NCBI GenBank assembly: GCA_964644695.1
Contig: CAZXWN010000008.1
Span: 1 to 64,000, forward strand
DNA: 64,000 nucleotides
Reading direction: 5' to 3'
Origin: an uncultured bacterium
GTDB lineage: Bacteria; UBP4; UBA4092
Numbering within the stretch: the first letter of the stretch is position 1; every line of letters starts with the position of its first letter. This document shows positions 1 to 9,325 of this stretch, one piece after another. Below the pieces are notes generated by a model that saw only the letters and a list, made by a program, of their open reading frames with translations, was not told the DNA's origin and searched no databases. A program made the translations under genes and the position numbers.

Positions 1-743
1 TCACACTCCTTACACATAAATCCCGGTCGTGGAAGAAAAGACTCATTACAAATAGACTTGAAGACATCCCTGGTGAGATTTAAAAACCATTTATGATCTT
101 CCTTGGTCCGCTGAGTTTCAAAAACATTGAGCTTGGGTTTCTTGGTCTTCACGAAATTAATGATCTTCAAGGTTTTGGGTAATCTGCCATAGAGTTGCTC
201 ATAAGCATAACTGTAGGCGGTCAACTGCAAGTGATTATCCACGTCCTCCGAATTCATGTTTTGAGCAGAAGTTTTGAACTCAACAATCGCGTCTTCTTCT
301 TCGATAAGGTCAAAGAATCCCTCTAAACCAATACCCGAGGAGCTTCGAGTGTTAAGACCATACAGTGGAACTGTAAAAGGTACTTCTGCCCCTTTAACTT
401 TTCCCTGTGGATACTGGAGATACATTTCCAACATCTCTTTACCCAGCATAACAAGCCTTAACTCCTGCTCACCTTCTTTGTAGCGGATATCGGCTTCTAC
501 CGTTTGGCTGTACCAATCAGCTTCAAATATCTTCAAGATCATATCCAGGGGAATATCCTTACCATTGCCATTGGCCTTGAGTTGTTCCTCATGATACCAA
601 GACAAGGCTGAATGTAAGACACTCCCAAAGGCCAAACTGGAAGACTTGAAGGTTTTAGGAATCTTGTCTATATACTGGAACTGATATTTCTTCCCGCAGA
701 GAAGATACAAATTGATTTGGCTACTAGAAAGATGAGTAATCAT
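1..743 (-). CDS. PD-(D/E)XK nuclease, RecB/AddB/Cas4-like (3' end runs off the window); absent from the ORF track
   Basis: Manual translation from ATG at 743: MITHLSSSQINLYLLCGKKYQF...FGSVLH...GFFDLIEEEDAIVEFKTS...LQLTAYS...PRPGFMCKEC. It has D..ExK and QxxxY motifs plus N- and C-terminal Cys. ATGA overlap with the upstream gene; GGAGG RBS. Confidence 0.85.
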   Translation of the reverse strand, partial: MITHLSSSQINLYLLCGKKYQFQYIDKIPKTFKSSSLAFGSVLHSALSWYHEEQLKANGNGKDIPLDMILKIFEADWYSQTVEADIRYKEGEQELRLVMLGKEMLEMYLQYPQGKVKGAEVPFTVPLYGLNTRSSSGIGLEGFFDLIEEEDAIVEFKTSAQNMNSEDVDNHLQLTAYSYAYEQLYGRLPKTLKIINFVKTKKPKLNVFETQRTKEDHKWFLNLTRDVFKSICNESFLPRPGFMCKEC

Positions 744-1081
744 GATTTTGTCTCCTCCAATAATTCCTGGATCAAGTTACTGGCCTCCTGTTTGGTTGCC
801 TCTTTTAAAGACTGGATAGTCAGACGCTTCTTAATTTCCTGAGTAGCTGCATCTCCTTCGAATCCAGCTTGAGCCATGAGGCGAAAGAGTAATTTCTTCT
901 GGGCCTCGGTCATGAGATCCTCTTCTTTGCCATTGTTACTACCATTGACTTTGGTTGTCGGTTGCTGATAGCTGTGAGATTCCCCGTTAGCCGCCAGCTC
1001 TGTCATATAAAGATAGAACGGCGCCAATAGAGAAACTCCTTCCTTGTTTTTAATTTCGATTAACCAGCTTTTCTGTGGCAT
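740..1081 (-). CDS. Small phage/MGE-type hypothetical protein with a helical C-terminal domain (TEAQKKLLFRL)
   Basis: ATG at 1081 preceded by AAGGAG RBS; stop overlaps the nuclease start. Confidence 0.7.
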   Translation of the reverse strand: MPQKSWLIEIKNKEGVSLLAPFYLYMTELAANGESHSYQQPTTKVNGSNNGKEEDLMTEAQKKLLFRLMAQAGFEGDAATQEIKKRLTIQSLKEATKQEASNLIQELLEETKS

Positions 1082-1127
1082 AGTACAACTCTCCTTTTGG
1101 TGTGGATTTAATTGGCAACGAACCACC

Positions 1128-1192
1128 TTCAGTCTACCGAGATAGACTGAACCAACAAGGAGGGACAATTTGCCGTTCAAGGCAAACTATCC
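1128..1192. promoter_or_regulatory. Two inverted repeats in a divergent intergenic region (candidate operator or oriT-like site)
   Basis: TTCAGTCTA-N6-TAGACTGAA (1128-1151) and GGACAATTTGCC-N6-GGCAAACTATCC (1163-1192). Confidence 0.45.
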
Positions 1193-1231
1193 ATTCTTTT
1201 GTCACTTCATTTTTGGTTTTATGATTGTGTT

Positions 1232-2572
1232 ATGGATAATGTTCAAGAGGAAAACTCCATCACTAACATAGCGATCACCAACTGGAGAGATATTCGCAAG
1301 GTTTTTGGCATCAAACAAAAAAATCGGCGCGGGCATATGTATATTCTGGGTAAAACGGGAACGGGGAAATCCACGCTACTTCTCAATATGTTAGTTTCAG
1401 ATATTCGCCAAGGTTATGGAGTAGCTATCATAGATCCCCATGGGGATTTGGCTGAAGAGCTATTGAACCACATCCCCCAAGAAAGGATAGATGACGTTAT
1501 TTATTTTAATCCGGCAGATCTGAATTATCCCATCGCCTTCAATCCTATGGAGAATGTCTCCCCTAATTACCGGCATCTGGTAGTCTCGGGATTAATTTCT
1601 GTTTTCAAGAAAATCTGGGCAGACTTTTGGGGTCCCAGACTGGAACATATATTAAGACATTCATTGCTTACCCTCTTGGAATACCCCAATAGCACCCTAC
1701 TAGATTTACCCCGACTGTTAACAGATAAGTACTTCAGACATTTAGTAGTTGACCATATAACTAACCAGCAGGTTAAAGATTTCTGGCAATTTGAATTTGA
1801 GAAATATTCCGCCTGGCTCCGTTCTGAAGCGATTTCCCCAATTCTCAACAAGCTGGGACAATTCATGACCAACCTACCTATCCGCAATGTGGTGGGACAA
1901 AGTAAAAACACCTTCAATATCCGTAAGGTCATGGATGAGGGAAAGATTCTGATCGTCAATTTAGCTAAAGGAAAAATCGGAGAAGATAGCTGTTCTCTCT
2001 TGGGAGCCATGCTTATTACAAAAATTCAATTAGCAGCTTTAAGTCGGGCGGACATCCCAGAGAATAGGAGAAGAGGCTTTTATCTCTATGTTGATGAGAT
2101 ACAAAGTTTTCTTACCCTGTCTTTTGCCGATACATTATCTGAAGCTAGAAAATATGGTCTAAATTTAGTTTTAGCCCATCAGTACATCGCTCAATTGGAT
2201 AAAAAGATTCAAACCTCTATTTTTGGCAATATCGGCACCCTTATTTCCTTTCGGGTGGGTGTAGAAGATGCCGAATATCTAAAAAAGGAATTTTATCCTA
2301 TATTCAACATACCCGATTTAATCAGTCTCCCCAATCACCATATTTACCTTAAGCTTATGATTGACGGCGTTACATCCACTCCTTTTAGCGCTATAACTTT
2401 GCCATCGCCAGAAGTTACTACTTCACATATGGAAGAAATTATTAAACTGTCCCGAGCAAAATACGCAACGGGCAGATCCAAAGTGGAAGAACAAATTAAT
2501 TTCCACGCCCCTGAAGATACTACGCCAAAAGATGGCAATGACACATCTAAACAAACTAGATTGTTCATTTGA
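1232..2572 (+). CDS. VirD4/TraD/TrwB-like (type IV coupling protein/HerA family) ATPase with no obvious N-terminal TM anchor
   Basis: Walker A GKTGTGKS, IIDPHGD, Walker B YLYVDE, EARKYGLNLVLAHQY. Confidence 0.85.
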   Translation: MDNVQEENSITNIAITNWRDIRKVFGIKQKNRRGHMYILGKTGTGKSTLLLNMLVSDIRQGYGVAIIDPHGDLAEELLNHIPQERIDDVIYFNPADLNYPIAFNPMENVSPNYRHLVVSGLISVFKKIWADFWGPRLEHILRHSLLTLLEYPNSTLLDLPRLLTDKYFRHLVVDHITNQQVKDFWQFEFEKYSAWLRSEAISPILNKLGQFMTNLPIRNVVGQSKNTFNIRKVMDEGKILIVNLAKGKIGEDSCSLLGAMLITKIQLAALSRADIPENRRRGFYLYVDEIQSFLTLSFADTLSEARKYGLNLVLAHQYIAQLDKKIQTSIFGNIGTLISFRVGVEDAEYLKKEFYPIFNIPDLISLPNHHIYLKLMIDGVTSTPFSAITLPSPEVTTSHMEEIIKLSRAKYATGRSKVEEQINFHAPEDTTPKDGNDTSKQTRLFI

Positions 2573-2690
2573 TTGATATAAACTTTCAACCTTTGAAGCA
2601 ATTTGCCTACTTAGTCAATTTTGCCCACCTTTTCATATCTTTTCACCGTATTATCCTAGAGATATAAGTCTTATTTTTCATATATTCGTT

Positions 2691-2972
2691 ATGAAAAATA
2701 ACATCATAATAATTAAAACTAAAACAAATTGTCTCCGCAAATACCGGAAAACAAGAGGGTTAAACCAAAGAGAGGCGGCAAGTATTTTAGGGCTTCACAG
2801 CACTAGTGTGTTGTCGCGATGGGAACATGGTCAAAGTCTTCCCACCACCCTAAATATTTTAAAGCTTGCGGCTATGTATCGAACGATGGTGGAGGGCTTG
2901 TACATTGACCTAGCCCACGAGATCAAGGAAGAAGTTTTGGAGCAGGAAGAAAAAGTACTCCACCATCATTAA
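2691..2972 (+). CDS. XRE-family helix-turn-helix regulator
   Basis: LRKYRKTRGLNQREAASILG...LSRWEHG..P pattern. Confidence 0.85.
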   Translation: MKNNIIIIKTKTNCLRKYRKTRGLNQREAASILGLHSTSVLSRWEHGQSLPTTLNILKLAAMYRTMVEGLYIDLAHEIKEEVLEQEEKVLHHH

Positions 2973-3074
2973 AAAGCGAAGCTCAATTTATTTAATCAGT
3001 ATCCCCTATTGAACGATACGGATTATTCGATGTAACGATTATATATAAATATATAAACGATTAACGATATAGCG

Positions 3075-3344
3075 ATGACTATTTTTAAAGTTCGCCTAGA
3101 AAATTTCATTCCCCATACGCCCCAAGAATTGTTAGCTGTGGACTTGGCCCGTGATTTGAATGACTCACAAAATCTAGCTTTCTATCTGCACTGCACAAAA
3201 CACTACCCTGAGCCGATTCTGAGAAGTCTGTTTTCTAAAGTTAAAAATGTGCCGGCGGAGAAAATCAAAAAAAGTCGCGGTGCTTTATTTAATTATTTAA
3301 TCCAAAAATATGCCAAATCATCCTCAAATCATTATTTCCATTAA
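3075..3344 (+). CDS. Hypothetical MGE protein, small and helical
   Basis: 89-aa ORF in operon-like arrangement, overlapping the next gene. Confidence 0.65.
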   Translation: MTIFKVRLENFIPHTPQELLAVDLARDLNDSQNLAFYLHCTKHYPEPILRSLFSKVKNVPAEKIKKSRGALFNYLIQKYAKSSSNHYFH

Positions 3345-3819
3345 TCCCGGAACCCGTTATCTGGCATTTGCCATTTTCCATGGGTATGAGCTAAGGGACG
3401 CTCAAATTAAAGCTGTGCGGGGAAAATGGTCTAAAGAGAAATTATGCAAACTAAAAGACATCCTTACTCACCTTATTTATAACCACCAACCAGAGGCTCT
3501 AATCCTGAAGAAGCTTCATCCCTCCAGAAGCTCAAAGTGTCTTAATCAACTGGTGCAGACAATACAAAAGATTGCTCTAATCCAAAAGGTACCAATTTAC
3601 AGTTATTCTCTAAAAGAAGTAAAGTATTCCATCGGTTCAGGCAAGAAAATGAATAAATCTAGTTTATCCGAAATTATCACGACCAAATATCCAATCCTTT
3701 ACTATGAACTGAACCGCTTGAAACATTCTAAAAATAATTATTACATCCGGCTATTTGAAGCAGTAGCTCTCGGAACATTAGGAATATTTCATTATGAAAA
3801 ATCTTTATCCAAAGTTTAA
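3310..3819 (+). CDS. RuvC-like (RNase H fold) protein with degenerate catalytic residues
   Basis: ISINPGT (D>N), LILKK (E>K), FEAVALG; clearly paralogous to the next gene. Confidence 0.75.
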   Translation: MPNHPQIIISINPGTRYLAFAIFHGYELRDAQIKAVRGKWSKEKLCKLKDILTHLIYNHQPEALILKKLHPSRSSKCLNQLVQTIQKIALIQKVPIYSYSLKEVKYSIGSGKKMNKSSLSEIITTKYPILYYELNRLKHSKNNYYIRLFEAVALGTLGIFHYEKSLSKV

Positions 3820-3836
3820 TATTAATCATTAATCGC

Positions 3837-4334
3837 ATGAGCAAAAACAAAATCCAACGGGTCCTGGCAATTGATCCGGGAACTCACCACATGGGAGTGG
3901 CACTTTTTGAAGGAAAAGACCTGATTTACCATGGAGTCAAAAGTATCACCAAACGCACTTCTCCACACATAATTCTTAATGAGGGACGAAAGATCATCCT
4001 AAGCCTGATTAAGGATTATACGTCGAATGTCTTGGTAGTAGAAAAGACCTTCTTTGCTAATAACCGAAATTCCGGATTATTGAATGTCTTTGCCGATGAG
4101 ATTCAATCAATTGGCAAGAGAAAAGGACTCAAAGTATTGTGCTATGCGCCCAGCACTGTTAAAAAAGCTATTTGTGGCTATGGGCTAGCTTCCAAAGAAG
4201 AAGTAGCTAAAGCAGTAGTAGCAAAATATCCATTACTAAAAGTTTACCTAGATCAAGACAGGCAATGGAAGAACCTTTATCATCAGAATATGTTTGATGC
4301 AGTAGCGCTGGGGACAGCTTATTTGAATATGTAA
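3837..4334 (+). CDS. RuvC-like Holliday junction resolvase family nuclease
   Basis: LAIDPGT, VVEKTF, PSTVKKAICGYGLASKEEV, FDAVALG. Confidence 0.85.
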   Translation: MSKNKIQRVLAIDPGTHHMGVALFEGKDLIYHGVKSITKRTSPHIILNEGRKIILSLIKDYTSNVLVVEKTFFANNRNSGLLNVFADEIQSIGKRKGLKVLCYAPSTVKKAICGYGLASKEEVAKAVVAKYPLLKVYLDQDRQWKNLYHQNMFDAVALGTAYLNM

Positions 4335-4410
4335 TCATTATTGACATTNNNNNNNNNNNNNNNNNNNNNNNNNNNNNNNNNNNNNNNNTTAAAAGGAGGT
4401 GAATTAATAT

Positions 4411-4884
4411 ATGTTTGAATCAAAAGAAGAAAAATACACAGAAAAAGATGTATATAATGCTGCGGTTCAAATGAATGGTAAACTTCTGTCCGTAATTCCT
4501 AATGCATATCGTGATGATGAAAGTATTGTACTTAATGCAATAAGACAAAACCCAATATCAATTATGTATGTTTCAAAACGGCTTCGAGCAAGTAAAACCA
4601 TAATGAAGGAGGTAATAAATAGATTTCCCTATGGGTTAAGGTATGCATCAAAAAGGTTAAAAGATGATCCCGAATTGGTATTATTGGCAATTAGTAAAGA
4701 AGGAACTGCATTACGTTATGCTTCTACTAGTATTAGACACAATATAAAAATAGCCATGGTAGCAATATCTCTAGATATAATGTCGTATGAATACTTACCC
4801 AAAAAAATTAAACGCCGCTTATTGTTAAAGCAAACCAATTCTTCCTCTCAGACATTATATAAAAAACCAACTCACGACCTGTAA
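4411..4884 (+). CDS. DUF4116-like repeat protein
   Basis: About 25-aa repeats of the type D..IVL.AI....AL.YAS.RL; AAGGAGG RBS. Confidence 0.75.
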   Translation: MFESKEEKYTEKDVYNAAVQMNGKLLSVIPNAYRDDESIVLNAIRQNPISIMYVSKRLRASKTIMKEVINRFPYGLRYASKRLKDDPELVLLAISKEGTALRYASTSIRHNIKIAMVAISLDIMSYEYLPKKIKRRLLLKQTNSSSQTLYKKPTHDL

Positions 4885-4901
4885 TAACAGGTCGTTTTTT
4901 T
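4874..4901 (+). terminator. Intrinsic terminator
   Basis: ACGACCTGT-AATA-ACAGGTCGT followed by a T run. Confidence 0.75.
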
Positions 4902-5346
4902 ACACTATTATATATATCACCTTATACATTCATACAAAGAGTTTCAAAGCTTTTGAACAAGTTTTCTCAATAATTTGATTATGCAAATCAATGGTTTTCT
5001 CATAGAGAACTACTTTTATCAGTGACTACAAGTCAATAATGCTTTCACTGGCATCAAATATAAACTTCACTTACAACCGCAAACAGCAATGAACCTCCAG
5101 AGCCTCATCTTTCGCAAGTTAACAATTATTGAAGTTTTGCAAAACATTTCTCTTCTTTATACAATTTACCTCGAACTGCAATCTAGTTATTGCTACTTCA
5201 CATAATATTGATTTGATATTTTTAAGCTGCATTTATATTAAAATACCTTAAGTTGGTAACACATAGATATTAATAATTTATTGCATATCAGCTAATATGC
5301 TTTGTTTAATTAACATCATATTAATGGTTTTGAAAAGGAGTGCTTT

Positions 5347-7650
5347 ATGAAAAACAAAGATCCACTATGCTTTATTTCCTACTGTCATGCTGATATAGAA
5401 AGAGTTTTAGTGGAATATATTATATTTACAATTCGACAATCCATGAAAAGCAATATCACTATACTATATGATTCTGATTTAGCGCCTGGAGCTAACCTAT
5501 CTAAATTTATGGAGAAGACTCTTGATGTTGATGTAGCAATATTACTTTTAACTCCTTTATATAAACAAAAGGTCGATAAAAGAGATGGGGGCGTATATAA
5601 AGAATACACTCAAATAAGCAATCGTTATTGGCAGGAACAAGAAAATAAATGTGATTCCGAAATCGCTTTTCCATCCCATGATTTTTCACTAGTTCCAGTT
5701 ATTATTAGTGGAAATGTTTCAGATTCAGTACCAGAAACAATAAGGGATTTATACTGTGTTAATCTCTCAGGATTTACGGTATCGTATGATAAAGAGGGAA
5801 ATTACGTTGTAACTGACTTTATTAAAACGAAATACAATAAAGAAATACAGCGAATTATTGATTGTCTTGTTGCAACTGCAAGCCTAAAATCCAAAGCATT
5901 TGAAGTAGAGAGAGAAAAGCTATACGACACCTTATTTGTAAACACGAAAACCAACGAACAAATTCTTCAAAGATGTCCAGACTTTTTTAAATCAGTTTTT
6001 GTCTCTAATGCTGCTTTTCGTAATATACAGGCTGAACGTTCGTATTTTCTAATTGGACGAAAAGGCAGTGGGAAATCTACATTAGCCACTGCAATTAAAA
6101 TTACGGAGAAAGATCGTTATAATGGTGTTGTGGCTATTAGAGCTGATGACATAAATCTTAACATTTCTTATACAACTATCCGCGCATCAATACAAGCTGA
6201 TATTCAGTCAATATTGCCAGATTTCTCTTTTTATACTTACGTTTGGAAAGGATTTCTATGTTTATGCATTATTGAGTTGCTTGAGCAACTAGATAAAACT
6301 GATAATATTACAAATATCCAAAAAAAACACATGACAGCAATAAAACATTTTATTGACCTTTTTAGAAGAAACCATACTTCAGGAGATCTTAAACCCGTTT
6401 TCTTTACATATTCTGTCCAGAAACTGCAGGACTATTTTGAAAAATGTATTCGTCAGGCAAGAGAAAGTCAGTTTTGGGCTGATTTGTCTATTGCATTTAA
6501 TGAAAGAGAATCTCTCCTGTATTTATTAGGGGAGGATGTTATAGGTGCACTTACAGATATAGTGTCAAATTGTAAAAAAAGAGTTTTATTAACACTTGAT
6601 GATTTTGACACAATTTTTGATACGTTTAGAAGAAAAGCTATTACAAATGAAGATGCACAATTAAGAGCTACTTTTGAAATGGAATGGTTGCGTTCACTAC
6701 TATTATTAATATTAGATTTAAAAGACAGTAGATTAAGTAAACATCCATTATTTAGAACACTTGATTTTTGTGTAACAATTCCCAAGGATCGATATTTAGA
6801 GATTGAAAGAACCGAGCGAGATGCCTATCGATATTCACCAAGAACATCTAGTATTGATTGGTCTGGTATTGAGTTATGTGAAGTATTATTTAAACGATTA
6901 CAAAAAATTGGTGGCTATGAGGATAGTATTCCTGGAAAAATTCACGAAAAATTAAGATACATTCTAAAGATTGAATATCCTAGTCTTCCTGAAGAAATCA
7001 AATTTAACTTTGATGATCAAGAAATTCGCATTCCACTATTCTGTTATATTCTACGCCATACTTTTTGGAGACCTCGTGATATATTAACGTACTATACCGA
7101 TATCTTAGCAGCTGCCACGTCTGTACAAAGATGTGATTACACTCTTACTGATGCTGTTATAAGAAGGATTGTTTCTGAAACAACCTATAAAATAATTAAA
7201 ACAGAATTTTTAGATGAATATAAAACATCTATCAGCAACATTAGGCAAATTGTAAACTGTTTTATGAAAAAATCACAAGTACTTACCTATGATGATATTC
7301 AGAATTGTTTAAAAGATATGCCAATTATATTGAATATCTCTACCCAACCCATAACCACCTTCCAAGATAAAGTAGATTTTCTTTATGACATTGGATTCCT
7401 AGGTGTTATAGTCTCGAAAGAAATACGCGAATCATTAAACCTAGGAACGGATGAGGCTTTCTATTTTAATGAAGGTAGGACACCAATTCGTACTGCATGT
7501 AAATGCGACTTTCGTGATGTAAAGTTTGCAATACACCCAATATTCAGCGAAAACCTTCAATTAATTCATCGTAACAACACTTTTTTGCACCAATATACTT
7601 GGCAATATTTATATGATAATCATATAATTAAAACCTCAACGTTTATATAA
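5347..7650 (+). CDS. TIR/SEFIR domain fused to a P-loop ATPase (Sll1717/FunZ-like); candidate antiphage protein
   Basis: FISYCH, ILLLTPLY..K, GGVYKE (TIR); Walker A GRKGSGKS; Walker B LTLDDFD; RPRD motif; AAGGAG RBS. Confidence 0.8.
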   Translation: MKNKDPLCFISYCHADIERVLVEYIIFTIRQSMKSNITILYDSDLAPGANLSKFMEKTLDVDVAILLLTPLYKQKVDKRDGGVYKEYTQISNRYWQEQENKCDSEIAFPSHDFSLVPVIISGNVSDSVPETIRDLYCVNLSGFTVSYDKEGNYVVTDFIKTKYNKEIQRIIDCLVATASLKSKAFEVEREKLYDTLFVNTKTNEQILQRCPDFFKSVFVSNAAFRNIQAERSYFLIGRKGSGKSTLATAIKITEKDRYNGVVAIRADDINLNISYTTIRASIQADIQSILPDFSFYTYVWKGFLCLCIIELLEQLDKTDNITNIQKKHMTAIKHFIDLFRRNHTSGDLKPVFFTYSVQKLQDYFEKCIRQARESQFWADLSIAFNERESLLYLLGEDVIGALTDIVSNCKKRVLLTLDDFDTIFDTFRRKAITNEDAQLRATFEMEWLRSLLLLILDLKDSRLSKHPLFRTLDFCVTIPKDRYLEIERTERDAYRYSPRTSSIDWSGIELCEVLFKRLQKIGGYEDSIPGKIHEKLRYILKIEYPSLPEEIKFNFDDQEIRIPLFCYILRHTFWRPRDILTYYTDILAAATSVQRCDYTLTDAVIRRIVSETTYKIIKTEFLDEYKTSISNIRQIVNCFMKKSQVLTYDDIQNCLKDMPIILNISTQPITTFQDKVDFLYDIGFLGVIVSKEIRESLNLGTDEAFYFNEGRTPIRTACKCDFRDVKFAIHPIFSENLQLIHRNNTFLHQYTWQYLYDNHIIKTSTFI

Positions 7651-8862
7651 AAGTAAAAATTAATTTATACAGAGAAAATCTTACCTACCCTTGGTAAATC
7701 ATCTTTTATTTTTGTATGCATTAGTTTATTAGATAGTACATATTAAAACTTCACAACAGCGTAATTTATAAAGTGAACCAAAAAATTGATATAGAGCATT
7801 CTCCACGTTGGGCAGTTTTAAAATCGGTTATATTTCATTTAAATTGTCCTAAGAAAATTCTTTCAACATAATTAGAACGCAAAAGAATATGTGCGGTCAT
7901 CACAATCACTAATCAACTAAGCTATTTTACCGAGTTTTAGCTATTTGATTTTCATAGAGTTTATGCAATTAAAAATAACATTAATATTATCGAGACATCC
8001 AAAACTAGTTTTCCAGGTTCCTAAGATAAACAACTTTGTTCTTCTATCGTACTTAACTCAATGTTATTTATGACAATTGTATCCTTCTATTATGATTTTT
8101 CTTTTTTTAAACCCGATATTATATTGAGCAGAAATTCTTTATGATAAATAGTTCTCCCCTAGACTTCTGTGAAAGCGTAAAAAAATTCAACGAAAAGAAC
8201 GTGGCCGACGTTCACCTCACCCGAGTCGCTCACAAGGAAAGAGAACTACTTTATCCCAAAATTACTCATATTCGGCATCTGCGTTGCTCCCTTGGAAACT
8301 TATTCTCAGAATGCCCATATTAGTATAGTCATCTATATAACCTTCAAATCAGAAACATATTACAAGTTTAATGCCGCTTTAATGTTTCAATGCTTAGTCC
8401 AATCGGCACTCAGAAATGTGTGAATAATTTAACTAACACTAAGAGACTCTGACTAATAACCAAGTTCGAACGTAAACCCATTATGAGGCAAGCTTTTACA
8501 CACATAGATTGTAGATAAATTCCCGCAGACATCGCTGAAGAATTTTTGTTAAATCTCTGCTACTAAGAAAGATCTGGACAGAGCTGTCAGAAAACATAAC
8601 AATTAAATATTTCCTACTCTGTTATGAACCGAATAATTTTAGCTGAAGCCATTTTATAGCTGTAGCTTTGGGGACGGTAGAAATATTCCAGTATGATAAA
8701 TATTGCTCAAGATTCAAATAATAACCTATGCCAGAGAAAATTTTGATTGGATATTTTTAGGTTTATGAACTGAATGTATTTAACTCGCTCGTAATGTTCT
8801 AGCATTGTCTATGAGCATACTTGATACATAGAAATAAAGTAAGATAATGATAAATTTATAAT

Positions 8863-8925
8863 ACTTGCATAAATTCTTTAAATCAGATTATAAAACCGCT
8901 GTTCTACCAGCCGATCACTTCAGCA
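8863..8925 (-). repeat. Degenerate copy of the tRNA-Thr 5' half and att arm found at 15622-15685
   Basis: Manual alignment gives 52/64 identities to 15622-15685, same orientation. Confidence 0.8.
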
Positions 8926-9325
8926 GTATCAATTTCTTTAATTTCTTCTTATGTATTTTCCTTGGAAATATTTATTGACTACTGTTTGTATTTGGTCTAA
9001 TTATATGACCGCGTTTTGCACACATATAGTAGGTGGCAATTTGAATAACGCATAGTCATTTTTATACTCATTTGTTGTACAGTTCGCAGGACTTACTTCT
9101 TCCTAATTAAGTTTTAGCAAAACACTTGCCACGCACCAACATCCAATACTGGCAGGGATTGAAGCAGGTTGATCTAAATTAAAGTATTTAAGTCAAATAT
9201 ATAAGTTCCACGCATTCAAAGTAGGGCTTTTTTACTTGATTACTTTTCATAGTGTCTAGTTCAATAACTTTATTAAACCATGTTAAGATTAGAACGTTCA
9301 ATCTCTTTACATTGACATTCACTTT

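Noticed and set aside
1-743. CRISPR-associated Cas4
   Set aside because: No cas1/cas2 and no repeat-spacer array seen in the window; treated as a solo RecB/Cas4-like nuclease.
3310-4334. TnpB/Cas12-type RuvC effector
   Set aside because: Proteins are only about 165 aa with a contiguous RuvC fold, no zinc finger, and no evident guide RNA or IS ends.
5160-5203. Possible further tRNA-half remnant (GCTACTTCA)
   Set aside because: Only a 9-nt match with poor flanking alignment; could be chance.
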